Part shown: piece by piece, positions 11,738 to 23,417 of the stretch
Position numbering within the stretch: the first letter of the stretch is position 1
How the letters are laid out: the number at the start of each line of letters is the position of its first letter
Source: Candidatus Synoicihabitans palmerolidicus
GTDB taxonomy: Bacteria > Verrucomicrobiota > Verrucomicrobiia > Opitutales > Opitutaceae
DNA length: 64,000 bases
Reading direction: 5' to 3'
Assembly: GCA_020809425.1 (NCBI GenBank)
Contig: JAGGDC010000002.1
Span: 260,334-324,333 of the forward strand
Position numbers and translations under genes: made by a program
Notes under the pieces: model-generated
Seen by the model: the letters and a program-made list of their open reading frames with translations, nothing else
What the model was told of the DNA's origin: nothing
Databases searched by the model: none

Positions 11738-13279
11738 ATGCCTGATTGGTTTTATAATACAGTCGCTCGGCGAGTCTTAGTAGCGTATACTTAATACGTA
11801 GGCGCGCGCGAGGATAGCGCTCGGCATGCTGGGAGCACTGGGGGAGACGACATGGGGCCGAGGGGTGATTGATTTTATGAGGCACATGAAGGCCGATAAA
11901 AATTTGGCAATCACCGTAGGGTAGGGGGCCGGCGGTTTGCATCACCAATCGGAATAGGGTGGCGGTTGGATCCAGAACAGCTTGCGACGACGGCGCTGAG
12001 GCGGGCTGCGTGGAAGTGCGGGACTGCCGTGTGGCGAAGGTGTGGCGCGGGAAGGCAGGGTGCTTGCTGAATGGCCCGGACCGAGGAGTCGAAGGATAAA
12101 GTGCAGGCAGCAGGATCGTGCATCGCAAGCCAAGCAACCAAGGGGGGCGAGTGCTTGGAGCTTACGACGACTTACAGTTTGCCCATCGTGGCGTGGGATG
12201 CAAACGATACAGTAGTACTGGATTCGGCGAGGAACGCTGGAGGAGTGGTTCTCCAGTACGGTCAAGCGACGACGGAGGGAGGGTGGCAAGTTCCGGCGGC
12301 GGGATCGGCCCAGTTGGCGGCGGCAGTCCACGCTTGGCGAATTCGGCTCGGACCAGAGGTTCCATTGGTCGTTGCAGGTGGCATCCTGGAGCCTCGGGAT
12401 GCAGTGCGGCTCCGAGAGATGGGGGCGAATCTGATCTTGGTCGATGCTGGTATGGTATTTGCGGGACCAGGTTTGATCAAACGCTGCAACGAAGCGTTGA
12501 TGGCCAGTCTGCCGCGGAAAGTGTCGGGCGACGGAGAAGGAGCGGAGTCGAATATATTTCGGCAAGCTTGGGTTGAGTTAGGCCTATGGATGGCTCGGAT
12601 GGAAAGCGATGCGGAGGGGGTGCCATGGGATCCGTACCAGTGTGGTGGTCTCGGGCTTGGCGGGTTTTGTGAATTTTTTCGGGTTTGGGTATTTCGATAC
12701 ATTGCACGCGTTTGTGGCGGTGATTTTGTTTCAGTTTTTAGTTCAAATCATGGTGGGATCGCTGCCGGAAGCGGCCCGATGCACCGGGCTGGTTGATTCG
12801 AATGATGGCAGTTGGGTGCGAGCACAATGGGGGCAATTGTGTTGGGTACTGCATGACTTTGGGCTGCTGATCGCGGGGACCACGATTTTGGGCATTAGGA
12901 TGTCGAGTGTGTTCGTCGCCGAAGACCTGCCGTTTCTCTGTATCGGTCCGGAGGATCTGTTGACGATGAATGACAAACTCAAAGCTGTGGTGGCGCACGA
13001 CCGGGCGACACTGGGCGGAATGCTCTGGGCTTCGGGGTTTGCCATGCTCCTCCCCGTGCTCTGGCAATTCAAACGAGGGGCGGGTTGGCTATGGTCGATG
13101 GTGGCCGGTTTGGGGGCGCCGGCTTATGCTGCGGCCGTCGGGGTGCACTACTGGGTCGGCTATACGGATTGGCGACAGTTGGTGCCCGCGTTTGCGGGAT
13201 TAAGGTTTGTGGGGGGGCAGGGTTGGCGCTGAGCAAGGGATACCTGCACGACACAGGGAAGGTTGAGTCGGGGGACTAG
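11738..13279 (+). pseudogene. Dihydroorotate dehydrogenase-like barrel fused to a multi-TM domain, disrupted
   Basis: Starts MPDWFYNTVARR. Contains LVVAGGILEPRDA...GANLI...GMVFAGPGLIKRCNE, then TM segments with GFGYFDTLHA and HDRATLGG. Several stops and frameshifts. Confidence 0.6.
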
Positions 13280-14190
13280 AGCCGGCCGCCCAAATTGAGG
13301 AGCAAATCGCGGGTGAGTTTGATGCCCGGGTCGGCGGCGATGTCGTTGCCCTCATATTCTACGCCGATGTAGCCGGTGAAGCCGGAATCTTGGACGATTT
13401 GCATGTGGCGACGGAAATCGAGGGTGTTCTCTTCGCCATCCGGACCGAAGTCGAAGGTCTTGGCGCTTACTCCCTTAGCGTAGGGCATACTCTGGCGGTG
13501 CTAAGGTGGGCGTCATCGGACCAGCCTTGGCGGCGATCTCCGTAGTTGCCCAAAGCGGGCAGCGTCCCGACGGCAGGGTGGTCAACAAGGTCCATGAGCG
13601 CGGCGAGCCAGGTGCCATTGGAGGAGAGACCGCCATGGGGCTCGATCAGGATCTTGAGGCCGTAGGTTGAGCCGAGTTCACAAAGGCGACGAAGCCCGCC
13701 GGCGGTGCGATCGAGTTGCACGCCGTAGGTTTCGGTGGCTTCGGAGAATGCGTTGACGCGAATGGCGTGACAGCCGAGCTGTGGGGCGGCTTCAAGCCAC
13801 GGGATGTGGGCATTGACCGAATCCTGTTGTTTGGAGGCATCGGGATCGCCCAGGCGCCCGCAGTGGTCGCACATGATGAGGACGTTGCGCACGCCCTCGC
13901 CATCGGAAACGGTTTTTAACTCGGTGGTGACGGCAGGACTGAAGCCATCGAGGTAGACCTGGTTGACGTATTCGAGGTTGGAAATGCCGAACTCACGTTT
14001 TGCGATGGCGGCGAAGCGCATCTTGTCACGAGTGCCACTCCAGAAAGCTTGATGGAGTGACCATTGGGCGAGAGAGATGTCGAACCACGAAGTGGAGGGG
14101 AGTGCTGGGGGAGGAGCATGGTGGTTGGCGGCGGATAAGGCGCGCGCGGCCAAGGCTGCTTTGGGTCATAAAATTGCGACGGGAAGACAT
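13276..14190 (-). pseudogene. Tat-exported sugar phosphate isomerase/epimerase (xylose isomerase-like TIM barrel), frameshifted
   Basis: MSSRRNFM Tat-like start, then ISLAQWSLH, LGCHAIRVN, IEPHGGLSSNGTWL, MPYAKGVSAK and GYIGVEYEG across three frames. Confidence 0.8.
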
Positions 14191-14333
14191 GAAATGGTTG
14201 GAGTTGAGTCGGGGTAATGGCATGAGAGAGGCGCGAGCGATTCGCAGGGATGCGATTGTGTGGGGTGGCGACGTAGTGGGCGAGGTGATACAAACTAGTT
14301 GAGCGCAATAGGGGGGTGGCCCGGACGTAAATA

Positions 14334-16154
14334 GAGCGTGTCCCACAAGCTCAAGAGGTTGGAGAAGAGGAGGTAGCGTAAAAATAAAGAGACCGAAACC
14401 GGGAGGATTTCCTGGTTTCGGCACAAAAATGGCGTGTATAATTTAGTGTGAACCTACCGAAGCCGTCGCCCCGGAAGTTGCCCTGCAAACCTGGCTGCGT
14501 CCAGACCTGACTCCGGTCGGACCCAACAAAGATTACGCCGCGTTTTGCGATCAACTGGCGGGGCTCGACCAGTTGCTGGCCAACAGTCACTTGGAAGAGA
14601 TGGCCGTGGATTTTGCCCGGGAAAACTGGCGGGGCGACGACGTGGCCGGGTTGCCACGACACCTGCAGTTCGCGCGCAAGGCACTGCGGGTGCAGGTATT
14701 GCGCATGATGCTCGGGAAAATCAGCTTGCGTAAACTTTCCCTGAGCATCGCCTCCAGCGATCTGTTGGCCGACTTTTGCGGAGCGCGCCGGATCGACGGC
14801 ATCAAGGGGGTCTCCCAAAGAAAGCGTGCGGGAGCGTGCATCCAAATGCTTCACCGCCGGGCAGGTGCGCAGGATGAGCCAAGTCATTATCGAGATGTGC
14901 GATGAGGCGGACCGGGCGAGCGAACTGGGACTGGCTGCGGCGCAGCCGATGGATACGTGCCTGGTGGACTCGACCTGCCTGCAGGCCAACATCCATTTCC
15001 CGGTCGACTGGGTGCTCTTTCGCGACGTGAGCCGCACCCCCTTGCTCAAGGCGGTGAAACTGATCCGTGCAGCGGGGTTGCGGGGTCGGATGCCGAACGA
15101 GCCGCCAGTCTTTGCCAAGCAGATGAATCGGTGGTGCATCGCGATGACCCACAGCCGACGGCGCCGCGATGCGAAGCGGGCCCGCCAGGGCGTGCTCCGC
15201 CAGATGAAACGCCTGCTGCGCACCATCGGCGAGCACGCCCGCCGCCACCGCGACCACCTCGCCGCCGACTACGCCCGGACCCGCTTCAGTGAGCGCCAGG
15301 CCACCCGCATCATTGCGCGCATCGACGCCAGGCTCGAGCAACTGCCGGCCGCGCTCAACCAGGCCCACGAACGCATCATCGGCGCGCGACCAGTGCCCAA
15401 CGCCGAGAAGATCCTCTGCGTCTACGAACCCGACGTGCAGACCGTGGTCCGGGGCAAAGCGTCCGGCGAGGTCGAGTTTGGCCACACCCTCATGATCAGT
15501 GAGAACGTGACGGGGTTGATCACCGATTGGCAGTTGTATCAGGGAATGGCTCCGGCCGAATGGCGTCAGTTCGACCAGAGCCTCGAGCGCCAGAATCAGT
15601 TCGCCCTGAGCACCCCGATCAAAGCGGCGAGCACCGACCGAGGCTTCTCGACCAAACGGCTGTGCGAACGCTTGGCCGAAGCCGACATTTATGACGCCAC
15701 TTGCCCCCGCCATCCGCAGCTGCTGCAACGGCGCATGCAGGAGCCGCAGTTCGTGGCGCTTCAACATCGCCGGGCTTCGACGGAGGCCCGCATCGCCATC
15801 ATCAAGCAACGCTAAGGCAAGCGATTGAGAGCCAGAGGCTTCACGAATCGCTACCTGGCGGTAGCCTGGAGCATCCTCGGTCACAACCTGATGGCTCATC
15901 GCCCGACTGCTGGCCGACCAACCACCGCAGGCCCAAGCCGCCTAAAACCACCAAGCCTACTCCAACGATGAACAATAAACCGGCTGCCGGAGGTTCCCTC
16001 ATGGAAACGATCCAGGCACTGACTGCTGCGACACTGCACTTTAGCCATTAAATGGCATCTGCGTGCGCCTACATCCGCCATTGGTAGCCGGAAATCCGCT
16101 CAAAAATCGGCTTTCTTGCCCCTCTTCCAAAATCAGGGTAAATGGGACACGCTC
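14334..16154 (+). mobile_element. IS5-family-like insertion sequence, copy 2 (degenerate transposase)
   Basis: Inverted repeats GAGCGTGTCCCA / TGGGACACGCTC flanked by TA on both sides. Premature TAA at 15813 plus frameshifts. Confidence 0.92.
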
Positions 16155-16157
16155 TAA

Positions 16158-17631
16158 TTCTACTTAGTTAAATGTTTGCCAGGACTAAGAAGAGGCGACT
16201 CATCAGCCCGTTGGTCATCGGGGGGCCTAGCCCTGCGGGCCGAAGAAAAAAATGACATTGCCGCCCTAAAAGATGCGGCCCGTATGTTCGTGGAATTTTG
16301 CCACTCCTATTCACCGCACTTCACCGGCTGGGGGATGAACAGCGTGGGGCACGCGCGCCACTACCTCAGTGGGCTGCTGGGCACGCAGCGGCGAAAAAAC
16401 ATTGAGGTAATCGGGCAGGATGTGAAAGGCAGTGATTATCAAGGTCTTGAGCGGTTCATCAGTTCATCGCTCTGGGATCACCACTCGTTGATGGACCAAG
16501 TCGCCTGCGACGCCAACACATTGTTCGGCGATGAAAAACTTGCCGGTCTGTATATCGACGAGAGCAGTTTTTTGAAAAAGGGCCACGCGTCGGTGGGAGT
16601 GCAGCGCCAATGGTCCGGGCGGGCAAGGTTGAAAACTGCCAAGTCGGAGTCTACGCCTGCCTGGGGCGCGATACGCGGGTGTGCCTGACTGATTTTCGTC
16701 TGTATCTGCCGGAGGCGTGGACGCAGGACTTGGCGAGACTGGACAAGGCCAAGGTGCCGGAGCAATGCCGCGTGCATAAAACCATAACACGAGCAGGCCT
16801 GGGAGATGATCGTGCACGCGCGCAAGCAGGGCCTGAGGTTTGGTTGGGTCGGCTTCGACTGCCTGTATGGCAGCACGCGCGAGTTGCTCAACGCGGTCGA
16901 AGACCTGGGGGAGCGCTTTGTGGGCGATGTGGCCAGGACGACCAAAAGGTATGGACGCAACAACTACAACTGGAGAAACCGCGCGCGGGCCGGGGACGAC
17001 CCGCGAAGAACTAGCGGCTCAGCGAGGCCAACACCGCACAGTATCGCAGCGTGGAAGCATTGGCCCAGGAGCACTTCGAGTCGGCACACCAACGGGTCAA
17101 ATACCGCTCAGGCACCAAGGGGGAGTGTGGACTCATGGATCTGGGTGAGCACCGTATGGACCTGGGAGCCAAGGCACACAGGAGCCACGAGAGCGTTTAC
17201 TGATCATCCGACGCGATGCAGATAACAGCTTCAAATACAGCCTGAGCAACCGGCCGGCCAGTCGTGGGCCCACTATGCCTGGGCACAGGCCCAGCGCTTC
17301 TGGATCGAACATGCCTTCCACGAAGCGAAGAGCCAGTTGGGCATGGCACCGTATCAGGTAGGTGCGGGTCTGGCCCGGCTGGCATCATCACATGGCCTTG
17401 GTTGCCATGGCCCTGCTATTTTCCCCAAAATTATGCACCCAAGTGCATCCCCAGGTCCCGCGGCTGAGCGTGCGCGACATCACCGAACTGCTCGACTACT
17501 ATCTGCCTCGCAAGCGCCTCGATGAGGCGGCAATCCTCACCAATATCACCGCCAGGCACCGGCTCAGAGCACGCGACATCGAGCGGCGAAAACGCATTGC
17601 CGTCGGCCTACCTCCATCTAACTAAGTAGAA
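16158..17631 (+). mobile_element. IS701-family insertion sequence (degenerate transposase)
   Basis: Inverted repeats TTCTACTTAGTTAAATG / CATCTAACTAAGTAGAA with a CTAA target duplication (16154-16157, 17632-17635). Motifs IDESSFLKKG..SVGVQRQW, GKVENCQVGV, RLYLPEAW and GWHHHMALV. Confidence 0.93.
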
Positions 17632-17734
17632 CTAAGGTGGGTGGATCTAAATCCAGCGGGGGGACCGGCCAATAAAAGCACCGAGTCCCTTGTGAGGAAT
17701 TTTCCTCAGGGGGCAAGGACCCGTTCAACCGACC

Positions 17735-19144
17735 TCAGTCTACCCGGCGACAGGGTAACAAGGCCGCATCCTGCATACCGTGGATGATTTTTTTGTCCGG
17801 AGGGCAAAATGTGGCCAAAGCACCGCTCAATACGGCCTGATTACCAGTAACGAAATAATAGGGACATAATCGCAGTCTGCCTTGCCGAGAAACGGCGTCA
17901 TGCTTTCCCGCCTCACTCCCCGCGGGATACAGTCGATGCGGGATCCGCTTCGGTTTCCGATACTCCTGCAATACGTGCAAATTGTGCGAAGCATCCCCCA
18001 CCGCTATCTCCACCCCCGCCACCCACTCCTCGCGGGAGCAATCCGCCCCATAGACCACACTCCGAGCGCCCCAAGCGGACTCATGAAAACCGGAAATCTT
18101 TAAAATAAGCTCCCGTTCCTTCTGCGAGGCCTCGCCAAGTTGCTGCCACGAAGCCAGCAAACGCCCCCCTGCCATGGGACCATCCAATATGGCACCCTGA
18201 GGCAGCGGTGCCGGATCAACCACCCAAGATAGCGGAAATAGCTTCTTCAGGCGTTTAAACGAACCACTCGGCAAAGCCTCCCGCCAATACTCCGCAAGTA
18301 AATGGTGATGAAATAATGCCGCCGTGAGCTTTTCTTCCTGAAACGGACGCATGGGCGGAGCCACCGCCAGCTCCCCTGCTTCCCACGCCTCAAAAATATA
18401 ACGCGCCGTCGAAATATTCTCCAAATCGTGCAACTCAAAAAAACGATACACGACATCGATCTTCTCCGGATTACCGTCCACATCGAAACACAACGCCGAA
18501 CCAAGCGGGAACACGTCGTCAGGATCCAGGCAAAATACCCGATGCCCCTGTAGCTGCAGTTGATCGGAAATCCATCGCATTTCCGGACGGTAAGTGGCCG
18601 ACTCATCCGCCAAAATAATGGCAATCAAAGGATTGCCGATCGTCGGCACCAGTGCGGTCAAAGACTGATGAAACCGCTTGATCATCATGTCAGCCTCCCC
18701 CACCACGTTGCCTTGTTCGTCGTAAAGGCGGTTCAAAAATGCCGTCAATCCGATCCCTCCGGGCACCGAATCCAACTCCGTCATCACAAATCCGTCGTCC
18801 GTGAGTAAAAGATCAGGTCGCAACACGGTGGGAAACAGACCGCGTTGCCGTTTGTCCCGCGCATGCGCGGCCAAATTCGCCGGCTTACCACGATCCAAAT
18901 ACTCTGCCACCCATGGCGCCAGCAGCGGTTTATTGCGCAACAGATTTTTACCCGCCACCGAACGCAAATAGAGATTTTCCAGCGCCTGATGGAAATGCAA
19001 ACAGGCCTCGCCAATCTGCGCCAACTCACTGATCTCACGCCCCGTCAACGGCCACGCCTCCGGTGAAAGTTGCCACGTCTTCGCTTCAAAAAGCGAAGTG
19101 TTCGCAAAAGCCTGCTGGAGATGGGAACGGGAAAGATCGGACAT
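17735..19144 (-). CDS. Conserved hypothetical ATP-grasp-type amide ligase (GSP synthase / circularly permuted ATP-grasp-like)
   Basis: Intact 469 aa with RPDLLL...TELDSVPGGIG, VVYRFFEL, EEK, ILKISGF..AWGARSV, VLQEY and KKIIHGM. The fold assignment is by motif resemblance only. Confidence 0.6.
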   Translation of the reverse strand: MSDLSRSHLQQAFANTSLFEAKTWQLSPEAWPLTGREISELAQIGEACLHFHQALENLYLRSVAGKNLLRNKPLLAPWVAEYLDRGKPANLAAHARDKRQRGLFPTVLRPDLLLTDDGFVMTELDSVPGGIGLTAFLNRLYDEQGNVVGEADMMIKRFHQSLTALVPTIGNPLIAIILADESATYRPEMRWISDQLQLQGHRVFCLDPDDVFPLGSALCFDVDGNPEKIDVVYRFFELHDLENISTARYIFEAWEAGELAVAPPMRPFQEEKLTAALFHHHLLAEYWREALPSGSFKRLKKLFPLSWVVDPAPLPQGAILDGPMAGGRLLASWQQLGEASQKERELILKISGFHESAWGARSVVYGADCSREEWVAGVEIAVGDASHNLHVLQEYRKPKRIPHRLYPAGSEAGKHDAVSRQGRLRLCPYYFVTGNQAVLSGALATFCPPDKKIIHGMQDAALLPCRRVD

Positions 19145-19164
19145 AATAGAAATCGGAGAGCCTA

Positions 19165-20336
19165 GTGTGCTGAGAGTTAATGAACTATACTAAAGGAAGG
19201 GATGCGGCGGTGCGGGCGCGTTGGATTTTCTCCAGGATGGCGGAGCCTTCGGCCTTCCAAGTGTAGCGGGTGGGTTCGAGGTCGCGTGCGGCCATGTAGG
19301 TTTCGATGGCGTTGGTGAGGTCTCGAACGCTGGTGAAGCTGCCATCGCGGATACAATCGACGGTGAGGTCGCGGAAGAAGCGCTCCACTAGATTCAACCA
19401 GGAAGAGGATGTTGGAGTGCAGTGCGACTCCATGGGCTTTGGCATGGCGCTGATGGCGCCACTTTATCGAGCTCTTCACTTTGGCGTGCTTGTGGGTGGC
19501 GTCGTTGTCGATGATCAGATGCAGGACCAAGCCGTCGGGTGCCTGCGCATCGATGTGCTTGAGGAAACCGAGCCATTCGCGATGGGTATGCCGAGAGGCG
19601 GTACGTCGCAGGATTTTGCCGTCCAGATAGCCGAGAGCGGCGAATAGCGTGACCGTGCCGTGGCAGGTGTAATCGTGGGTGGCGGTTTTGATGTGCCCGA
19701 TACCCAATGGCAGGCTCGGCTGGGTGCGCTCAAGCGCCTGGCACTGGCTTTTCTCGTCGCAACACAGCACCAAGGCCCGATCGGACGGATTCAGATACAA
19801 GTCGATGACATCCCAAAACTTGGCCTCAAAGTTCCGGTCACGCGACAACTTGAACGTTCGTCGCAAATGGGGCTTCAGGTCATTGGCCCGCCACAGACGC
19901 TGCACGGTGTGGACCGACACCCCCTTGGCCTTGGCCATCGCCCGTGAGGACCAGCGGGTGCGCCCGGCCGGGGGTTGCGTGACCTCAGTGACGATCTGAG
20001 CGCGAATCGCCACATCCACACTCGGCTTCCGGCCCGAACGTCTCGCTTCGGCCCATCCAGCCAACCCTGCCTCACGAAATCGCTTTTCCCTCTTCGCCAC
20101 CACCGGACGATTCACTCCGATCTGAGCAGCCACCGGCTCCTGGTTTTTCCCTTCGGCCCGCAACAACACGATGCGCGCCCGCCTGACCTCCCGTTGCGGC
20201 GTGGTCGGGCGTTTGATCATCTGTTCAAGTTCTTGATGCTGCGCGGCATCAATGATTAGCGGATTAACAGGGCGGGCCATGCACCCATCCTGCACTACTA
20301 TTGTTGTTTCGTATAGCTAATTAACTCCCACTACAC
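19165..20336 (-). mobile_element. IS630-family insertion sequence (transposase 20280-19185, frameshifted)
   Basis: Imperfect inverted repeats GTGTGCTGAGAGTTAAT / ATTAACTCCCACTACAC with a TA duplication. Motifs DEKSQCQAL, IIDN.ATHK and SSWLNLVERFF. Confidence 0.92.
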
Positions 20337-20535
20337 TAGAAGGCAGAAAAGCGGAAACCAAGAATAGCGAACGCGAAGGTCACTATTTTCCGATTTGAAA
20401 ATAAGGCTGCTTCAAAAACACACTTGCCCGGAGTTAGGCGCTCTCAAAAAAACCAGATGAGAACGGCCCACATGCTTGGCGCTTCCGCGACGTTAAACCG
20501 CCCGAAATGGATCGAATAACCGACGCCACACACCT

Positions 20536-21682
20536 TTAATCGTCAATCTGAATGTCCTTGTTCCGCTGCCGTGGGCTGCCTGCTCTCAACCATCCGCTCA
20601 CAAATGCGGCCAAGTCTCCGTCGAGCACACCTTGAGTGTCCGTGGTCGAAATTCCGGTCCTCAAATCCTTCACCATTTGGTAGGGCTGCAAAACGTAGGA
20701 CCGAATCTGGGCCCCCCAACCGATCTCCCCTTTTTCGCCGTAGAATTTCTCCATCTCACTGCGCTGCTCGTCCAACCGACGCTCATAAAGTCGCGCCTTC
20801 AACACGCCCATCGCACTGGCCTTGTTCTGAAGCTGCGAACGTTCGTTCTGACAAGTCACCACCAAACCGGAAGGTAAATGGGTGATACGCACCGCCGAGT
20901 CCGTCGTATTAACGCCCTGCCCGCCCTTTCCTGAGGAGCGATACACATCGACGCCAATGTCATCATCCGGGATATCCACCTTTACCTCCACATCACTAAT
21001 TTCAGCGATCACATCCACCGCACAGAACGAGGTGTGCCGCCGCTGATTGGAATCAAACGGACTAATCCGCACCAAACGATGCACGCCGCGTTCGGCGTTA
21101 GCGTAACCGTAGGCATTTTCACCTTTGATCAACAACGTCGCCTTCGAAATCCCGACCTGTTCGCCCAATTGCACATCCTGTAATTCCACCGTGAAGCCAC
21201 GGCGCTCGGCCCAACGAGAATACATCCGAAAAAGCATGTCAGCCCAGTCGTTCGATTCCGTGCCTCCAGCCCCCGATTGGATCGAGAAAATGGCATTGTT
21301 CCGGTCAAACCGACCGGTGAAAAAGGACGCGATTTCAATCTCGTCGATGCGCGACATCAAATCGCTCACCATCGTTTCCAGCTCTTGCGTATATTCGGCC
21401 TGATCTTCCGGCGAACCGCCCTCGATCAACTCGAGCATCACATCGATGTCGTCGACCTTCTTCCGGAAATCCACCACCGGCGACACAGCCTTCTTCAACG
21501 TGTTAACCACGCCGATATGCTTTTGTGCCTTCTCGTTGTTGTCCCAAAAACCGGGCGTGCCTAGCTGCGCATCAAGCGCGTCTATCTCACGGAGTTTCTG
21601 TTCCCCGTCAAAGGAACCTCCATAACTGCCCGGCGCGTTTTTTGATGAGCTCTATGTGGTCGTATGTTTCAGGTGCGATCAT
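20536..21682 (-). CDS. prfB: Peptide chain release factor 2, with programmed +1 frameshift
   Basis: MIAPETY...QLWRFL, then CTT TGA C at 21613-21607 preceded by SD-like GGAGG. The downstream frame has the SPF and GGQ motifs. Confidence 0.96.
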
Positions 21683-21789
21683 GATCGGTAATGAAGTGAA
21701 GGACTATGGCCGCAAACTCAGTGTGGCGGCGCAAGCGTGAAAGTGAGCCACCCCTAAACGAATCAGTACTCGCCCCTGCGCAGAGGGAA

Positions 21790-23286
21790 CTACCCGACTG
21801 CCTCCACCAAAACGTCGTGCGCCACCCCTTCGACTGTTAAACTTAGGGTGGGTGGAGCCCGGACCGGATACTGCCCGCGAGCGGACCGAGACCGGCGCCG
21901 CGGCCACGGGTTGAGGCGTAGGAGTCGGGATGCGCTTTGCCTCGATCGGTACTTTCTTATGCAACGCCGCAAACTCCTGCGGAAACATCGCATGCAAAAC
22001 ACAGGCTTCGTCGTCAGTCGGCAAACCCGCCGCTTCGAGCTTCGACCTAATTTTCGGCAAACGCGGTTCCAATGCGTCAGCCGGGCGACCTTCCATTCGA
22101 GATTTACCCGTGCGAGCCTGCACCATCTTGAGTAAACTGGGATCAATCGGTCCCGGCGTGCGTCCATACTTACCTAACGCAACGTCGATCGCCGGTTGGG
22201 AAATGTTTTTCCACCGCCCAAACTTCACATTCAACATTGATTGCGACCCCACAATCTGGGACGTCGGCGTGACCAAGGGAATATAACCCAACGCGGCCCG
22301 CACATGCGGAATTGCCGCCACAACCGCATCAAATTGGTCCGACATCCCCTGCTCCTTCAATTGATTGCGGAAATTCGACAACATGCCTCCAGGCACCTGA
22401 TACGCCAGCGTGTCTGCATCCACCCGCTCGTTCGCCGGCGATGTGAACTTTGAACGCTCGGCATAAACACCCTTAAAATACTCTCCGAGCTCCCGCAGCT
22501 TCTTCAAATCGTAGGATGGACAACGCGGATGACCTTCCAGCAACGCCAACATACGCACGAGGTCCGGCTGCGCCGTGCCATTGGCGAATGGACTGATCGA
22601 GGTCTCAATCACATCGACCCAGCTTCCACTCCCGCCAAATACGCCGCCGCACCCAGCCCCGCCGTTTCATGCGTGTGCAGCACCACCGGCAGACCTACTT
22701 TCGCCTTCAGTTGACGCACCAAATCATAGGCGATACGCGGCCTCATTATGCCCACCATGTCCTTGATACCGATCGACTGACACCCCATGTCCTTCAACTC
22801 CACGCCCATCGCGACAAACGCATCAATCGTATGCACCGGACTGGTCGTATAACAAATTTCTCCCCGCGCGTGCTTACCGCACTCCCATACGGTGCGGATC
22901 GCGGTCCGCAGATTGCGTGTATCGTTCAACGCATCAAACCCTCGAAAAACATCCTGTCCCGCAGCGGCATTCGCTCGCACAAATGCCTCCGCCACGTCGT
23001 CCGGGAAGCTCGTGTACTGTACGATGTTCTGCCCCCGCAACAGCATGATTTGCGGTGTCTTGGGCGCGGCCTTTTTCAAGGCCCGCAACCGATCAAAGGG
23101 GTTTTCCTTCAGAAACCGTAAACACGAGTCAATCGTCGCCCCGCCCCACGTCTCCAACCCGTGGAATCCCAACTCATCTAAAATCGGGGCCGCTGGAAAC
23201 ATCTGCGCAGTCGACATGCGAGTGGCGGCGAGGGACTGATGACCATCGCGCAGGACGGTATTATTGAAAGCAACAGGAATAGGCAT
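21790..23286 (-). pseudogene. Oxaloacetate decarboxylase alpha / pyruvate carboxylase subunit B carboxyltransferase, frameshifted
   Basis: LRDGHQSL, WGGAT, MLLRGQN, IKDM, HTH, QVPGGMLSN and PLVTPTSQIVG. Frameshifts near 22620 (in a G run) and near 21850. Confidence 0.85.
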
Positions 23287-23360
23287 GGTGGTTCGGATCA
23301 GGGTGAGCCTAGTGAATATCGGGCGATGTGGCTGCGCGGTTCTTGCGGTTCATTGGGCAC

Positions 23361-23387
23361 AAAAAAACCGCGGAGATCGCTCCACGG
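23361..23387 (-). terminator. Rho-independent terminator after fcl
   Basis: CCGTGGAG-CGAT-CTCCGCGG followed by T7 on the minus strand. Confidence 0.7.
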
Positions 23388-23417
23388 GATGCTTTCATGA
23401 GTGGGGTTTGAGCGGCC

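Noticed and set aside
4229-16154. Composite transposon formed by the two IS5 copies
   Set aside because: Copy 2 has its own TA/TA flanks, the outer flanks do not match (TG vs TA), and the enclosed genes look like ordinary chromosomal genes.
17686-17713. Hairpin downstream of the ATP-grasp gene as a terminator
   Set aside because: A stem (TGAGGAA/TTCCTCA) is present but there is no adjacent U-tract, so support is too weak to list it as a feature.
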